Part shown: piece after piece, positions 1 to 9,921 of the stretch
Position numbering within the stretch: the stretch's first letter is position 1
Layout: each line of letters begins with the position of its first letter
Sequence record: SRR20825019_1763
Length of the DNA stretch: 34,713 bases
Direction: 5' to 3' (one strand)
Notes under the pieces: model-generated
Seen by the model: the letters and a program-made list of their open reading frames with translations, nothing else
Databases searched by the model: none
Told to the model about the DNA's origin: nothing
Made by a program: the position numbers and the translations under genes

Positions 1-30
1 CCTACAGGGACGTATTCACGGCGTGTCCCG
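1..30 (-). repeat. Partial extragenic repeat (REP-like), cut by the window edge
   Basis: The minus strand reads CGGGACACGCCGTGAATACGTCCCTGTAGG just downstream of thiG. It resembles a GGGACACGCCGT...ATAC.TCC.TGTAGG intergenic repeat I recall from gammaproteobacteria. Only one partial copy is visible. Confidence 0.5.
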
Positions 31-81
31 AATGGATGCGCCCGCCTGTACTGGCACCATCAGTTGAAATTCTGGACCTGA

Positions 82-891
82 TCAGAAGAAAGTACCATCA
101 AGGGGCGACGATGCGCTGGCATAAAGCTTCTTCGGCATACGCCCCGCCAGATAGGCATCGCGGCCAGATTCAATGGCCAGGCGCATTGCCTTGGCCATGC
201 GGATCGGGTCCTGGGCCTGGGCGATGGCAGTGTTCATCAGCACACCATCGCAACCCAACTCCATTGCCAGGGTTGCGTCAGAAGCGGTACCTACACCGGC
301 ATCCACCAACACCGGTACATTGGCGTTCTCGACGATCAGGCGGATGTTGTAACGGTTCTGGATACCCAGGCCGGAACCAATTGGTGCGCCCAGCGGCATG
401 ATGGCGATACAGCCCATTTCCTCAAGACGCTTGGCCAGCAACGGGTCGTCCGAGCAATACACCATCACCTTGAAGCCATCGCGGATCAGTTCCTCTGCGG
501 CCACCAGGGTTTCGGTCATGTTCGGGTACAGGGTTTTTTCCTCACCCAGCACTTCCAGCTTGACCAGGTCATGGCCATCCAGCAGCTCCCGTGCGAGCTT
601 GCAGGTACGCACGGCATCTTTTGCGGTGTAACAGCCAGCGGTGTTAGGCAGCATGGTGTAGCGCTCAGGGGATACCACGTCCAACAAACTCGGTTCATCC
701 GGGTTCTGGCCCAGATTGGTACGGCGCACGGCAAAGGTGACAATCTCCGCACCGCTGGCTTCAATCGCATGGCCGGTTTCAGCCATGTCCCGATACTTAC
801 CTGTGCCTACCAGCAACCGGGACTGGTATACCCGACCGGCGATTTCAAGCGGCTTGTCTTCGGGAAGCGGTCTTTCAGAACTGTCACTCAT
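82..891 (-). CDS. thiG: Thiazole synthase
   Basis: [35 protein letters not shown] and [10 protein letters not shown] motifs; ends ASASSP; adjacent to thiS. Confidence 0.97.
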   Translation of the reverse strand: MSDSSERPLPEDKPLEIAGRVYQSRLLVGTGKYRDMAETGHAIEASGAEIVTFAVRRTNLGQNPDEPSLLDVVSPERYTMLPNTAGCYTAKDAVRTCKLARELLDGHDLVKLEVLGEEKTLYPNMTETLVAAEELIRDGFKVMVYCSDDPLLAKRLEEMGCIAIMPLGAPIGSGLGIQNRYNIRLIVENANVPVLVDAGVGTASDATLAMELGCDGVLMNTAIAQAQDPIRMAKAMRLAIESGRDAYLAGRMPKKLYASASSPLDGTFF

Positions 892-946
892 GCTTTACAC
901 CTGAACTCATTAAAAGAATCGTGGAAAAGGAATGGCAAGGCGGTTA

Positions 947-1147
947 TTAACCGCCGCCAATAGCGTGAACCACCTCTACCCTGTCGCCATCGCTGAGGCT
1001 GAAGGTGGCGTGCTGGCTGCGGGGAACAATATCTTCGTTGACTTCCACAGCGAATCGCTTGCCAACCAATGCCATCCGCTCTATCAATACCGCGACAGTG
1101 ACTTCTTCGGGAAGCTCCATGGCGTCACCGTTGACCTGTACCTGCAT
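947..1147 (-). CDS. thiS: Sulfur carrier protein ThiS
   Basis: 66 aa, MQVQVNG...AVEVNEDIVPRSQH...GDRVEVVHAIGGG with C-terminal GG. Start taken at ATG 1147 (ORF extends to 1168). Confidence 0.96.
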   Translation of the reverse strand: MQVQVNGDAMELPEEVTVAVLIERMALVGKRFAVEVNEDIVPRSQHATFSLSDGDRVEVVHAIGGG

Positions 1148-1174
1148 AACGTTACCTGCCTTAAACATCTGTCT

Positions 1175-1591
1175 CTAACGCCTGAATCCCGCCATCAGAA
1201 CCAATATCCAGCCCACCATAAAGCCGATTCCTCCAACCGGCGTAACCGGCCCCATCCAGCGAAGGTCCGTTAGCACCAGGAGGTACAGGCTGCCACTGAA
1301 CAACAGGATTCCAGCAACAAAAAAGCCGGCCGCAACGCCGAGCAAACGCCGCGACAGACCCGCAACCGGGAGTATCGCGACAAGAATTAACGCCAATGAG
1401 TGGTATATCTGATATGTGACGGCAGTCTGGAAAACTTCAAGCCCCCGCTCGTCAATTACACCACGCAACCCGTGTGCACCAAAGGCTCCTGCCATCACCG
1501 CTAACAGGGCAAACAGCGCGCCCAACACCAGTGCCGGGCGCAGGGGTTCTATCTGTCTAGCAGTCAGAATGGATCTTTTCCCCGGTATCAA
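1175..1591 (-). CDS. DUF423 (YgdD/TMEM256) membrane protein
   Basis: GAFGAH, YQIYH, LFSGSLY and GPVTPVGG motifs. Start uncertain because the ORF overlaps the apaH 3' end. Confidence 0.9.
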   Translation of the reverse strand: MIPGKRSILTARQIEPLRPALVLGALFALLAVMAGAFGAHGLRGVIDERGLEVFQTAVTYQIYHSLALILVAILPVAGLSRRLLGVAAGFFVAGILLFSGSLYLLVLTDLRWMGPVTPVGGIGFMVGWILVLMAGFRR

Positions 1592-2357
1592 GATTCATCA
1601 GGGTAAGCTTTCCACCCCAGACACAACCGGTATCCAGCCCGAAATAACGGGTGCTTTCAGTCTGGCCTTCCAGTGCTGCCCAATGTCCGAACACCACACG
1701 CACATCATCCTGGCGAGGGAAGCGAAACCAGGGTGCATAGCCATCCGGCGCCGACGCGGCCGACTCTTTGGCGGCGAGTTCCAGGGTGCCATCCTCGGCA
1801 ATAAACCGCATACGGGTGAAATAGTTGGTAATGACCCGCCACCGATCCATACCACTGAGGTCCGGGTGCCAGCGTTCAGGCCAGTTCCCGTACATATCTG
1901 CAAAGTAGCTTTCGGCCTCGGGCCCGCGAATCACCGCTTCCACTTCCCGGCTGTAGCCGACCGCTTCTTCCACAGACCAGATGTGTGGCAGCCCGGCATG
2001 GACCATCACCAGATTGCGGTCTTCATCATGAACACAGAGATTCTGCTGCCGGAGCCAATCGAAAAGCCGTTGGTGATCCGGCGCTTCGAGTATATCGGCG
2101 AGCGTGTCCTTGTTCCTCAGAGCATGGCCACCCATGGCCACCGCCAGCAGGTGCAGGTCGTGATTGCCCAGCACCACCACTGCAGAGCTACCCAGGCTTT
2201 CAACGTAGCGCAGGGTTTCCAGCGAAGACGGGCCGCGGTTGATCAGGTCGCCGGCCACCCAGAGCCGATCCCGCGACGGTGAGAAATCCACCTTGGCGAG
2301 CACATCCAGGAGACGTTCATAGCAGCCCTGGATATCGCCAATGGCGTAATCAGTCAT
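1557..2357 (-). CDS. apaH: Symmetrical bis(5'-nucleosyl)-tetraphosphatase
   Basis: YAIGDIQGC, GDLINRGP, LGNHDLH, FGHWAAL and LDTGCVWG motifs. Confidence 0.97.
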   Translation of the reverse strand: MTDYAIGDIQGCYERLLDVLAKVDFSPSRDRLWVAGDLINRGPSSLETLRYVESLGSSAVVVLGNHDLHLLAVAMGGHALRNKDTLADILEAPDHQRLFDWLRQQNLCVHDEDRNLVMVHAGLPHIWSVEEAVGYSREVEAVIRGPEAESYFADMYGNWPERWHPDLSGMDRWRVITNYFTRMRFIAEDGTLELAAKESAASAPDGYAPWFRFPRQDDVRVVFGHWAALEGQTESTRYFGLDTGCVWGGKLTLMNLDTGEKIHSDC

Positions 2358-3180
2358 GACTTACCTCATCAGCACCGAAATTTTCAGGTTTACTGTCAGC
2401 CAACAAATCGGCAATCGCAACATACTCTGCCAGGCCAAGGTTTTCCGGGCGCAGGCCATCGTTGATGCCAACGCTGTTGAGTTGATCCACGGAAACCATG
2501 CCGGCCAGCGCCTTTCGGAGGGTTTTTCGCCGGGCACTGAAGGCGGTGCGCACCACCGCCTGCAGCAGCTTATAATCCTTTGCTGGATGCGGCAGCGTCT
2601 TATGGGGCACCAGCCGAACGATGGCGGAATCCACTTTCGGCGCTGGCCGGAAAGCGCCTGGGCCGACTTCAAACAACGGCTGCACCCGGCAGAAATACTG
2701 GGTCATGATCCCCAACCGGCCGTAGTTGTTGTCTCCGGGCACCGCCGCCATCCGTTGAACCACTTCCTTCTGCAGCATGAAATGCATGTCCTGCACCACG
2801 CCGGAATGCCCCAGCAAGTGGAAAATCAATGGCGTGGAAATATTGTACGGCAGGTTGCCGATGATCCTCAGGGGCTTGTCGGCAACCAGTTCGCCGAAAT
2901 CAAACTTCAACGCATCCGCTTCATGAATGCGGAAGTTGGGGTAATTGAAGAATTTGGTCCTGAGCACAGGAATCAGGTCCCGATCCAGCTCCACCACCTG
3001 GAGGTTCGAGTTAACGGCAAGCATTTCCTCGGTGAGAGCGCCCAGTCCAGGCCCGATTTCCACAAGGGCATCGTCCGGCTTGGGATGGATAGCGCGAATA
3101 ATGCGTTCAATCACGCCGGGGTCGTGAAGAAAGTTCTGACCGAAGCGTTTCCGGGCCTGATGGCCGTGTTTGCTACTCAC
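2350..3180 (-). CDS. rsmA: 16S rRNA adenine dimethyltransferase (KsgA)
   Basis: [35 protein letters not shown] and PAPKVDSA motifs. Confidence 0.98.
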   Translation of the reverse strand: MSSKHGHQARKRFGQNFLHDPGVIERIIRAIHPKPDDALVEIGPGLGALTEEMLAVNSNLQVVELDRDLIPVLRTKFFNYPNFRIHEADALKFDFGELVADKPLRIIGNLPYNISTPLIFHLLGHSGVVQDMHFMLQKEVVQRMAAVPGDNNYGRLGIMTQYFCRVQPLFEVGPGAFRPAPKVDSAIVRLVPHKTLPHPAKDYKLLQAVVRTAFSARRKTLRKALAGMVSVDQLNSVGINDGLRPENLGLAEYVAIADLLADSKPENFGADEVSHD

Positions 3181-4178
3181 TCGATAGGATCTCTTTTCGC
3201 TGAAGTTGCCATTCGTTCGCCCACCCGGATTGCCGTTTCCAGGCTGCCGGCATCTGCCCTGCCCGTGCCGGCCAGATCAAGGGCGGTGCCATGGTCGACG
3301 GAGGTTCGCACAATGGGCAGGCCCAGGGTGATATTGACCGCCCGGCCGAAGCCCTGGAATTTGAGAACCGGCAAGCCCTGGTCATGGTACATGGCCAGTA
3401 CCGCGTCGGCGTTATCGAGCCAATGAGGGGTGAAGAGGGTGTCCGCCGGCAATGGGCCCGTCAGGTCGATGCCTTCCCGGCGCAGCTTGTCCAGGGTCGG
3501 CTCGATGACGTCGATTTCTTCCCGCCCCAGATGTCCGCCTTCACCAGCGTGGGGGTTAAGCCCTGCAACCAGGATTCTGGGATGCTGAAGGCCGAAGAAC
3601 TTGCGCAGGTCATTGTCCAGAATACGGGTGACCTGGGTCAGGCGCTCGGCCGTAATCGCCGCAGAGACGTCCTTCAGGGGCAAATGGGTGGTCACCAGTG
3701 CCACTCTTAACTCGTCCGTGGCCAGCATCATCACCACACGCTCAACACCACAGAGCTCCTGCAGGAACTCGGTGTGGCCACTAAAGGCGATGCCGGCGTT
3801 GTTGATAACGCCCTTGTGAACCGGTGCCGTCACCATCCCATCGAACGTACCATCAAGGCAGCCCTGGGCGGCTACTCGCAGGGTTTCCAGAACATAGGCG
3901 CTATTCGCCGGATCCAGCTGGCCGGCCGTAGTGGACGCCAATCCATCAACGGAAAGCACGGAGAGCCGGCCCGGTTCAGCAGTGGCTGGTGCTCCCGGCG
4001 CCCAGTCTTCCAGCTCTACATTCAACCCAAGCAGTCGGGCCCTCGCCTCCAGCAGAGGTTTGCTGGACACCACCACAATGCCGGGCCCGCGTTTTTTCAG
4101 GGCCAGTTGCAAACAAAGCTCCGGGCCAATGCCCGCAGGTTCGCCCGCTGTCAGTGCGAGGATGACCGGCTGTGTCAT
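3177..4178 (-). CDS. pdxA: 4-hydroxythreonine-4-phosphate dehydrogenase
   Basis: [31 protein letters not shown] and RTSVDHGTA motifs. Confidence 0.98.
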   Translation of the reverse strand: MTQPVILALTAGEPAGIGPELCLQLALKKRGPGIVVVSSKPLLEARARLLGLNVELEDWAPGAPATAEPGRLSVLSVDGLASTTAGQLDPANSAYVLETLRVAAQGCLDGTFDGMVTAPVHKGVINNAGIAFSGHTEFLQELCGVERVVMMLATDELRVALVTTHLPLKDVSAAITAERLTQVTRILDNDLRKFFGLQHPRILVAGLNPHAGEGGHLGREEIDVIEPTLDKLRREGIDLTGPLPADTLFTPHWLDNADAVLAMYHDQGLPVLKFQGFGRAVNITLGLPIVRTSVDHGTALDLAGTGRADAGSLETAIRVGERMATSAKRDPIE

Positions 4179-5497
4179 GATTCGCTGTCAGCTCCGTAAC
4201 CGCTCTTGAACTCGATAAACGCCTCGTCACGGATCTCCCGCAGCCAGTTCTGCAGTTCGGTATCAAACTTGCGGCGGTAGATGGCCTGCCGCGCCTCGGA
4301 TTCCCGTACATCACTGCTGATGTCCTGCTGACGACGGTCCTGCACCTGCAGAATGTGCCAGCCAAACTGGGAGCGGAACGGACCCTTGAGCTCGCCCACA
4401 TCCGCTTCCATCATCGCCTGCTCGAACTCCGGCACCATCTGTCCGGGGCTGACCCATCCGAGGTTACCACCGTCAGAGCCGGAAACCGGGTCATCAGAGT
4501 GCTCCCGGGCGATGACGGCGAAATCGGCGCCATTATCGATTTGCTGATAGAGATCGCGAATGGTTGCTTCCGCCTGGGCTTCCGACACGGTTTCCGAGGT
4601 GCGTACCAGGATGTGACGGACTTTCGACTGCTCGATGAACTGTGCTTTATCACCGCCGCGGCGATCCATCACCATCACCAGGTGGAAGCCACTGCTGTTC
4701 CTGAGTACCGGGGAGACGGTTCCGGTTTCAAGATCCGGGACCACATCGGCCACCAGTGACGGCAGTTGGTTCTCGGCACGCCATCCCATGTTGCCACCGT
4801 CGAGGGCATTGCTGGCATCGGATTCAGCAACGGCAACAGAGCGGAAGTCCCGCCCCTCGGCAATTTCTTCACGCAGTTGCTCCACCTTTTCGCGGGCAGC
4901 GCTGACCTCGTCCTCGTCATTGAAATCGTTCACCTCAATGAGAATATGGGCAAGCTCATACTCTGCATTGCTACGGCCCTGACCCTCCATTGCCGCAAGA
5001 TAGTTCTCAACTTCCCGATCCGTGACCCGCACGCGATTGCCAACCTGACGCTGCTGTACCCGGCTGGTAATCATCTCGTTGCGAATCTGCTCACGGGCCT
5101 CGCGATAGGTGACACCTTCCTGGACCAGTTGTTGCTCGAACTGGGCCAACGTCATATTGTTGCGCTGGGCGATGGATGCCAGAGTTTCATTGAGCTCGTT
5201 GTCGCTGATGCGCATTCCGGCCCTGTCCGCCATCTGTAACTGGATGGACTCGCTGATCAACTGCTCCAGAACCCGTTCTTCCAGAATATCCCTTGGTGGC
5301 AATCCGGTGCCCTGAGCGCGCAGCCGCCCGGTGATGGTGTTGATCCGTGCCTCGAGCTCGGACTGAAGAATAACGTCGTCGTTGACGACTGCCACCACCT
5401 GATCAAGCAGTTTACGGTCCGCCTGTACGGTTGCGGATACCATCACAACCATCAGTGCCAGCATCATTTGTGCGCAATGGCGAAGGTTCGCCTTCAT
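4175..5497 (-). CDS. surA: Periplasmic chaperone / peptidyl-prolyl isomerase SurA
   Basis: Signal peptide, [14 protein letters not shown], and two parvulin domains (HILI...GGNMGW; HILV...GGNLGW...FGWHI). ATG 5497 follows GAGG; GTG 5503 is an alternative start. Confidence 0.96.
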   Translation of the reverse strand: MKANLRHCAQMMLALMVVMVSATVQADRKLLDQVVAVVNDDVILQSELEARINTITGRLRAQGTGLPPRDILEERVLEQLISESIQLQMADRAGMRISDNELNETLASIAQRNNMTLAQFEQQLVQEGVTYREAREQIRNEMITSRVQQRQVGNRVRVTDREVENYLAAMEGQGRSNAEYELAHILIEVNDFNDEDEVSAAREKVEQLREEIAEGRDFRSVAVAESDASNALDGGNMGWRAENQLPSLVADVVPDLETGTVSPVLRNSSGFHLVMVMDRRGGDKAQFIEQSKVRHILVRTSETVSEAQAEATIRDLYQQIDNGADFAVIAREHSDDPVSGSDGGNLGWVSPGQMVPEFEQAMMEADVGELKGPFRSQFGWHILQVQDRRQQDISSDVRESEARQAIYRRKFDTELQNWLREIRDEAFIEFKSGYGADSES

Positions 5498-5561
5498 AGT
5501 CACCTCTAGTATGGAAGAATACTGCCTGTCACCCCGGCATCCCGAGCCTGACTGTCAGGCA

Positions 5562-7937
5562 TCAGCGATCACCGAAACGGCGACGTTCCCTTTCGTCAAA
5601 GCCATAGATGGCTTCGGAAATCTGGCTGGACGATCCGCCGCTCCCGCCCAGTCCCTTGAGCTGGATCTGAAACAGCATGCGACTCTCAAGCTGTTCGTCG
5701 TCCGTCAGGTAATTCTGGTGCACCAGCTGCACACTCCAGCAACAGTTATTGTATTCCAGCCCGGCCAGTGAACCGACCGTACGATCAAGCTCGGAATCGT
5801 AGACCCAGCGGCCGATCAGACTAACACGGTCTGTGACAGGAAAAACGCCCCCGATATCCGACTGCTCGAATTCGTCTCGCCGGTAACTGTGCCCCAGGCT
5901 GGCCAGATAACGGTAATCATCGGAGTGGAAAATCAGCTGACTGCGACCTTCCTGCGTCTTACTGGTGTCCGGCTCCCACAGGCCGGAGGTTCGAATTTCC
6001 AGGCCGTCCACCGGTCGCAAAACCATTTCACCGGCCAGCGGGGAGTCACTGGCGTCAGAGGCCCCCTCCCCATCGAGCGTCACTTCCCGGTCATCGTAAT
6101 AGTGAACCTGGCCAATGCTGAAGCGGGCACGTTCAGCGCCGGTGAGCAAATCATTGAAGCGGCTGGTTAGTGCCACGGTCAATTGATTGCTATCACCTAC
6201 CCGATCACCGCCGCTGAAACGATTGCGTTGGAACAACTGGTCGAAGCTAAATGAGCGAATGGCGGTGTCGAAGTCCGGAATGAACGATTGGTCCGCATCG
6301 GCATCAGCCCAGGCATAGTAAAGCCGGGGCTCCAGGCTCTGGTTATAGGGAATATCGAACAGGCTGGACTGGCGATCAAAATACAGGCCGGAATCCCACT
6401 CCGCGACCGGAACGGTACGATCAAAGCCAGGGTCCCGTGTGGTGTAGTCCTCCAGCTCATAGCGTGTGTAATCGACACTGACGGAAGGTCTGGCATAGCC
6501 CCAGAGCGCCCGCATGGGCAATGCCAGCTCGGGTATGGCGCGAAAGCGCTGGCCGTTGGCCCGGTCGAGCCCCGTCAGGTCATCATTATCACGGTAGAAA
6601 TACGTGTACTGGCTTTCCAGATTCAGTTCCGCCGGCCCCGCATCCACGGTGGCGCCGTACAATACTTCTGGTAATTGCGAGTAGGGAATGTTCTCGTCGG
6701 CAATGAAATCGCTGAGGGTCTGGTAGCCGTTGAGATAGGTTTCAAAATACTGGGAGGAATCCCGATAGCGGATACCACCCCGGCGACGCAGATGGGTTGC
6801 GCGATTGATCTCCAGGTTGCGGTTGAGATCACTGAGGTAGTCGTCATCGCTAACCACGGAATAATCCCCGTAGCCGGTCCAGCCGTATCCGAATCTCGCC
6901 TGGGTACTGAAATCAAGCCCCCAGCGTTCACCCCCTTGCGAGGGAAACTCCTCCTCGTACTCGGTGTCGTTGCCCGCGTAGCCTAGCTGAAGCACCGATT
7001 CCCCAAGACTGCTCAGGTAACGCCCCTCCGCCTCGGTAAACAATCCACGCCCATGTATGTACTGGGGCGTCAGCGTCGCGTCGTAGTGTGGCGCCAGGTT
7101 GAGGTAGTAGGGAACCGACAGGAAAGCGCCGCTACCCGCGTTGGAGGTACCAAAAGACGGATAGAGAAAGCCTGTCTTGCGGCGATCGTCAATGGGGAAA
7201 CTGGCATAGGGCCAGTAGAACACCGGGATATCACTGATCTCAAGGCGTACGTGCTTTGCCGTGCCCACACCTTCGCCCTGGTCCAGGTGGATGTCGGACG
7301 CCACGATGGACCAATCGTTGTTGTCCGGGGCGCAGGTGGTCAGTGAGCCGCCACGAATTCGTACCTGGTCTTCCGCCGTGCGGGAAAGCTGAGTAGCGGA
7401 ACCCCGCATTTCCGGGCCGTGCAGGAGGAAGGTCGCGGTATTGATGTCCACCCGGCCGCTGTTGACGTCATAGTCCGCACGTTCCCCGGTCAGCAGGAAG
7501 CCGTCACCGCGGCTGGTCAGCGGCCCCTCTATGGCCACCGCACCGGTTGCCTGGTTGTAGCGGGCCTCGGAGCCCGTCACCTGGAATCCCGGCTGCTGCA
7601 GACGAACGTCTCCCCGCAGAAACAGTTCGTTGTCGAGTTCATACCGCGCATTGAGCCCACTGGCCTGTAGGGGAGCCTGGCCATGTTTCGCTGCTGGCTC
7701 TCCAGCGCCGCCTTTAACCGTCCCCGGCACTGCGGAAGGCAAATAGCCGCCCTCGCAGAAGTCCGGCAGGGAACGACGGACATCCTCCGGCAAGTCAGAC
7801 TTCGGCCGCCAGTCAATCTCGGCAGCCGAAGGGGCGGCTTCCTGGGCATAAACCACCGGCATTGGTGCCAACATTGTGCAACCCGTAGCGGACGCGAACA
7901 GCAACCCGAGACGGTGCCGCATGCGGGGCGTTGGCAT
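5562..7937 (-). CDS. lptD: LPS assembly outer membrane protein LptD
   Basis: TTCAP, RKTGFLYP, PYYLNLAPHYD, LEPRLYY, NRFSGGDR, YNNCCW and QIQLKGLG motifs. Start placed at ATG 7937 after AAGGA (ORF extends to 7964). Confidence 0.96.
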   Translation of the reverse strand: MPTPRMRHRLGLLFASATGCTMLAPMPVVYAQEAAPSAAEIDWRPKSDLPEDVRRSLPDFCEGGYLPSAVPGTVKGGAGEPAAKHGQAPLQASGLNARYELDNELFLRGDVRLQQPGFQVTGSEARYNQATGAVAIEGPLTSRGDGFLLTGERADYDVNSGRVDINTATFLLHGPEMRGSATQLSRTAEDQVRIRGGSLTTCAPDNNDWSIVASDIHLDQGEGVGTAKHVRLEISDIPVFYWPYASFPIDDRRKTGFLYPSFGTSNAGSGAFLSVPYYLNLAPHYDATLTPQYIHGRGLFTEAEGRYLSSLGESVLQLGYAGNDTEYEEEFPSQGGERWGLDFSTQARFGYGWTGYGDYSVVSDDDYLSDLNRNLEINRATHLRRRGGIRYRDSSQYFETYLNGYQTLSDFIADENIPYSQLPEVLYGATVDAGPAELNLESQYTYFYRDNDDLTGLDRANGQRFRAIPELALPMRALWGYARPSVSVDYTRYELEDYTTRDPGFDRTVPVAEWDSGLYFDRQSSLFDIPYNQSLEPRLYYAWADADADQSFIPDFDTAIRSFSFDQLFQRNRFSGGDRVGDSNQLTVALTSRFNDLLTGAERARFSIGQVHYYDDREVTLDGEGASDASDSPLAGEMVLRPVDGLEIRTSGLWEPDTSKTQEGRSQLIFHSDDYRYLASLGHSYRRDEFEQSDIGGVFPVTDRVSLIGRWVYDSELDRTVGSLAGLEYNNCCWSVQLVHQNYLTDDEQLESRMLFQIQLKGLGGSGGSSSQISEAIYGFDERERRRFGDR

Positions 7938-8046
7938 TCGCAGCTTCCTTGTTGGGGCTGGCACGGTGAGCGGGTTCCTGTCCAGAATGGATTCGCGGCT
8001 GTCGGAGACACTTAACAGCGGCCTAGTTTACACGGCGCCCTTTGCC

Positions 8047-8082
8047 TTGTTAACGGAAACCGGCCTTTGTTAACGGAAACCG
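8047..8082. repeat. Tandem 16-bp direct repeat in the lptD/amgK divergent promoter region
   Basis: TTGTTAACGGAAACCG at 8047-8062 and 8067-8082 (20-bp period). Confidence 0.9.
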
Positions 8083-8203
8083 ACCATTGCTGCAAAACCG
8101 TTTTACCGCCTCTATACTGATCTGCTAACTTTCGGCCATGAGCCCGCAGGTTCGTTGCGGCCAGGTCACCGATAACTTCTGAGCCAGGATAACAGCCAAT
8201 TCC

Positions 8204-9241
8204 ATGGATACCCGCCTGACAATGCTCACCCAGTGGGTCAGAGACCTTCCCGGTTTTGACCAGGCGACACCCGAGCCAGTATCCGGCGACGCGAGTTTCC
8301 GCCGCTACTTCCGCGTCAGCGGCAACCCACATGGCACCGGGGCCCAGCCGTATATTGTGATGGATGCGCCGCCCGAGCATGAGGACTGCCACCCCTTCGT
8401 GGCGATCGCCCATCACTGGCGCAGCCTTGATATCGCTGTGCCGGACATCGTCCACGAAGACCTGACCCGGGGTTTCCTGCTGCTGGAAGACTTCGGTGAC
8501 GCCCTGATGCTCGGCGCCTTAAACCACACCAACGCCGACCAGCTTTATGGCGCGGCAATGGACGAGCTGGTCCGCATACAGCAGGCCGACGATGCTCCCG
8601 ACTACCCACTTCCGGCTTACGACATCGCCTTGCTGGACCGGGAAATGGCTCTGTTTCCGGACTGGTTGCTGACACAACAATTGGGACTGACGCTCTCAAA
8701 CGGAGAACGCGCGCTACTGGACACCACTTTCGCCTTCCTGCGGGAGAGCGCCCTGGCCCAGCCGAATGTGGCGGTGCACCGCGACTACCATTCCCGCAAT
8801 CTGCTGGTCCGCGCAGGCACCACGAGGCCCGGCGTGATCGACTTTCAGGACGCCGTGCGCGGCCCGGTCACTTACGACCTGGTATCGCTGCTGAAAGATT
8901 GCTATATCCGCTGGCCGGAAGAACGCATCGACCAGTGGACAGACCATTTCCGCGTGCTCAGTGCCGAGGCCGGCCTCCACAAGGCTGACAGGGATACCTT
9001 CCGCCAGTGGCTGGAGCTCATGGGCATGCAGCGCCATCTGAAAGCCGCGGGCATCTTTGCCCGGCTGGCCATACGTGACGGCAAGACCGGTTTCCTGAAG
9101 GATGTTCCCCGCACCGTGGGCTATCTGGTGGAGGCCAGCAGCCGTCAGGCCGCCCTGCGCCACTTCCACGAATGGCTCACAGACACCGTGGTGCCGCCCA
9201 TTGAGCAGCAGATCGGCCCAGTGGAGACATTCGGCCAGTGA
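8204..9241 (+). CDS. amgK: Anomeric MurNAc/GlcNAc kinase (aminoglycoside phosphotransferase fold)
   Basis: GDASFRRYFR, MDAPPE, HRDYHSRNL, IDFQDA and QRHLKAAGIFARL motifs; divergent from lptD and followed by murU. Confidence 0.9.
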   Translation: MDTRLTMLTQWVRDLPGFDQATPEPVSGDASFRRYFRVSGNPHGTGAQPYIVMDAPPEHEDCHPFVAIAHHWRSLDIAVPDIVHEDLTRGFLLLEDFGDALMLGALNHTNADQLYGAAMDELVRIQQADDAPDYPLPAYDIALLDREMALFPDWLLTQQLGLTLSNGERALLDTTFAFLRESALAQPNVAVHRDYHSRNLLVRAGTTRPGVIDFQDAVRGPVTYDLVSLLKDCYIRWPEERIDQWTDHFRVLSAEAGLHKADRDTFRQWLELMGMQRHLKAAGIFARLAIRDGKTGFLKDVPRTVGYLVEASSRQAALRHFHEWLTDTVVPPIEQQIGPVETFGQ

Positions 9242-9918
9242 AAGCGATGATTCTCGCAGCCGGCAAAGGCGAGCGCATGCGGCCGCTGACCCTGACCACC
9301 CCGAAGCCGCTCCTGCCTGCCGGCGGCAAGCCGCTGATCGTGCACCATCTGGAACGGCTGAAAGCTGCTGGTTTCAGGGAGATCGTGATCAATCACGCCT
9401 GGCTGGGCACGCAGATCGAAGCGGAGCTGGGTAATGGCAGTAACGTCGGGCTGGTCATTGAATACTCGCGGGAAAGCGACCCCCTGGAGACCGCTGGCGG
9501 GATTATTCAGGCACTGCCCCTGTTGACCAGCAGCGACGACGATTGGTTCGTTGTGATCAACGGCGACATCTGGTGTGATTTTGATCTGTCCCATTTGACG
9601 CCACCCGAACATGCCGACGCATTACTGGTCATGACAGGCAACCCTGACCACAACCCGGCGGGCGACTTCTGCCTGCGGGCGGATGGCACGGTGATTGAGA
9701 GCGGCCCTGAAACACTGACGTTTACCGGCATCAGCCTGCTAAACCGTCGCCTGTTTTCGGGGCTGACACCGGGCGCCCGAAAACTGGCGCCCATCCTGCG
9801 GGATGCTATGACCCGGGGGCGGGTGCAAGGCATTCGCCACAGCGGACACTGGATGGATATCGGTACCCCGGAACGGCTACGGGAGCTGGACCGGATGCTT
9901 ATGGAAGGCGGGGGCTGA
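9238..9918 (+). CDS. murU: N-acetylmuramate alpha-1-phosphate uridylyltransferase
   Basis: MKAMILAAGKGERMRPLT..PKPLL, LETAGGI, INGD and WMDIGTPERL motifs; overlaps the amgK stop. Confidence 0.92.
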   Translation: MKAMILAAGKGERMRPLTLTTPKPLLPAGGKPLIVHHLERLKAAGFREIVINHAWLGTQIEAELGNGSNVGLVIEYSRESDPLETAGGIIQALPLLTSSDDDWFVVINGDIWCDFDLSHLTPPEHADALLVMTGNPDHNPAGDFCLRADGTVIESGPETLTFTGISLLNRRLFSGLTPGARKLAPILRDAMTRGRVQGIRHSGHWMDIGTPERLRELDRMLMEGGG

Positions 9919-9921
9919 GCC

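Noticed and set aside
892-1174. TPP riboswitch near thiS/thiG
   Set aside because: The intergenic gaps are too short, and I saw no TPP aptamer core (CUGAGA...ACCUG) in the right position.
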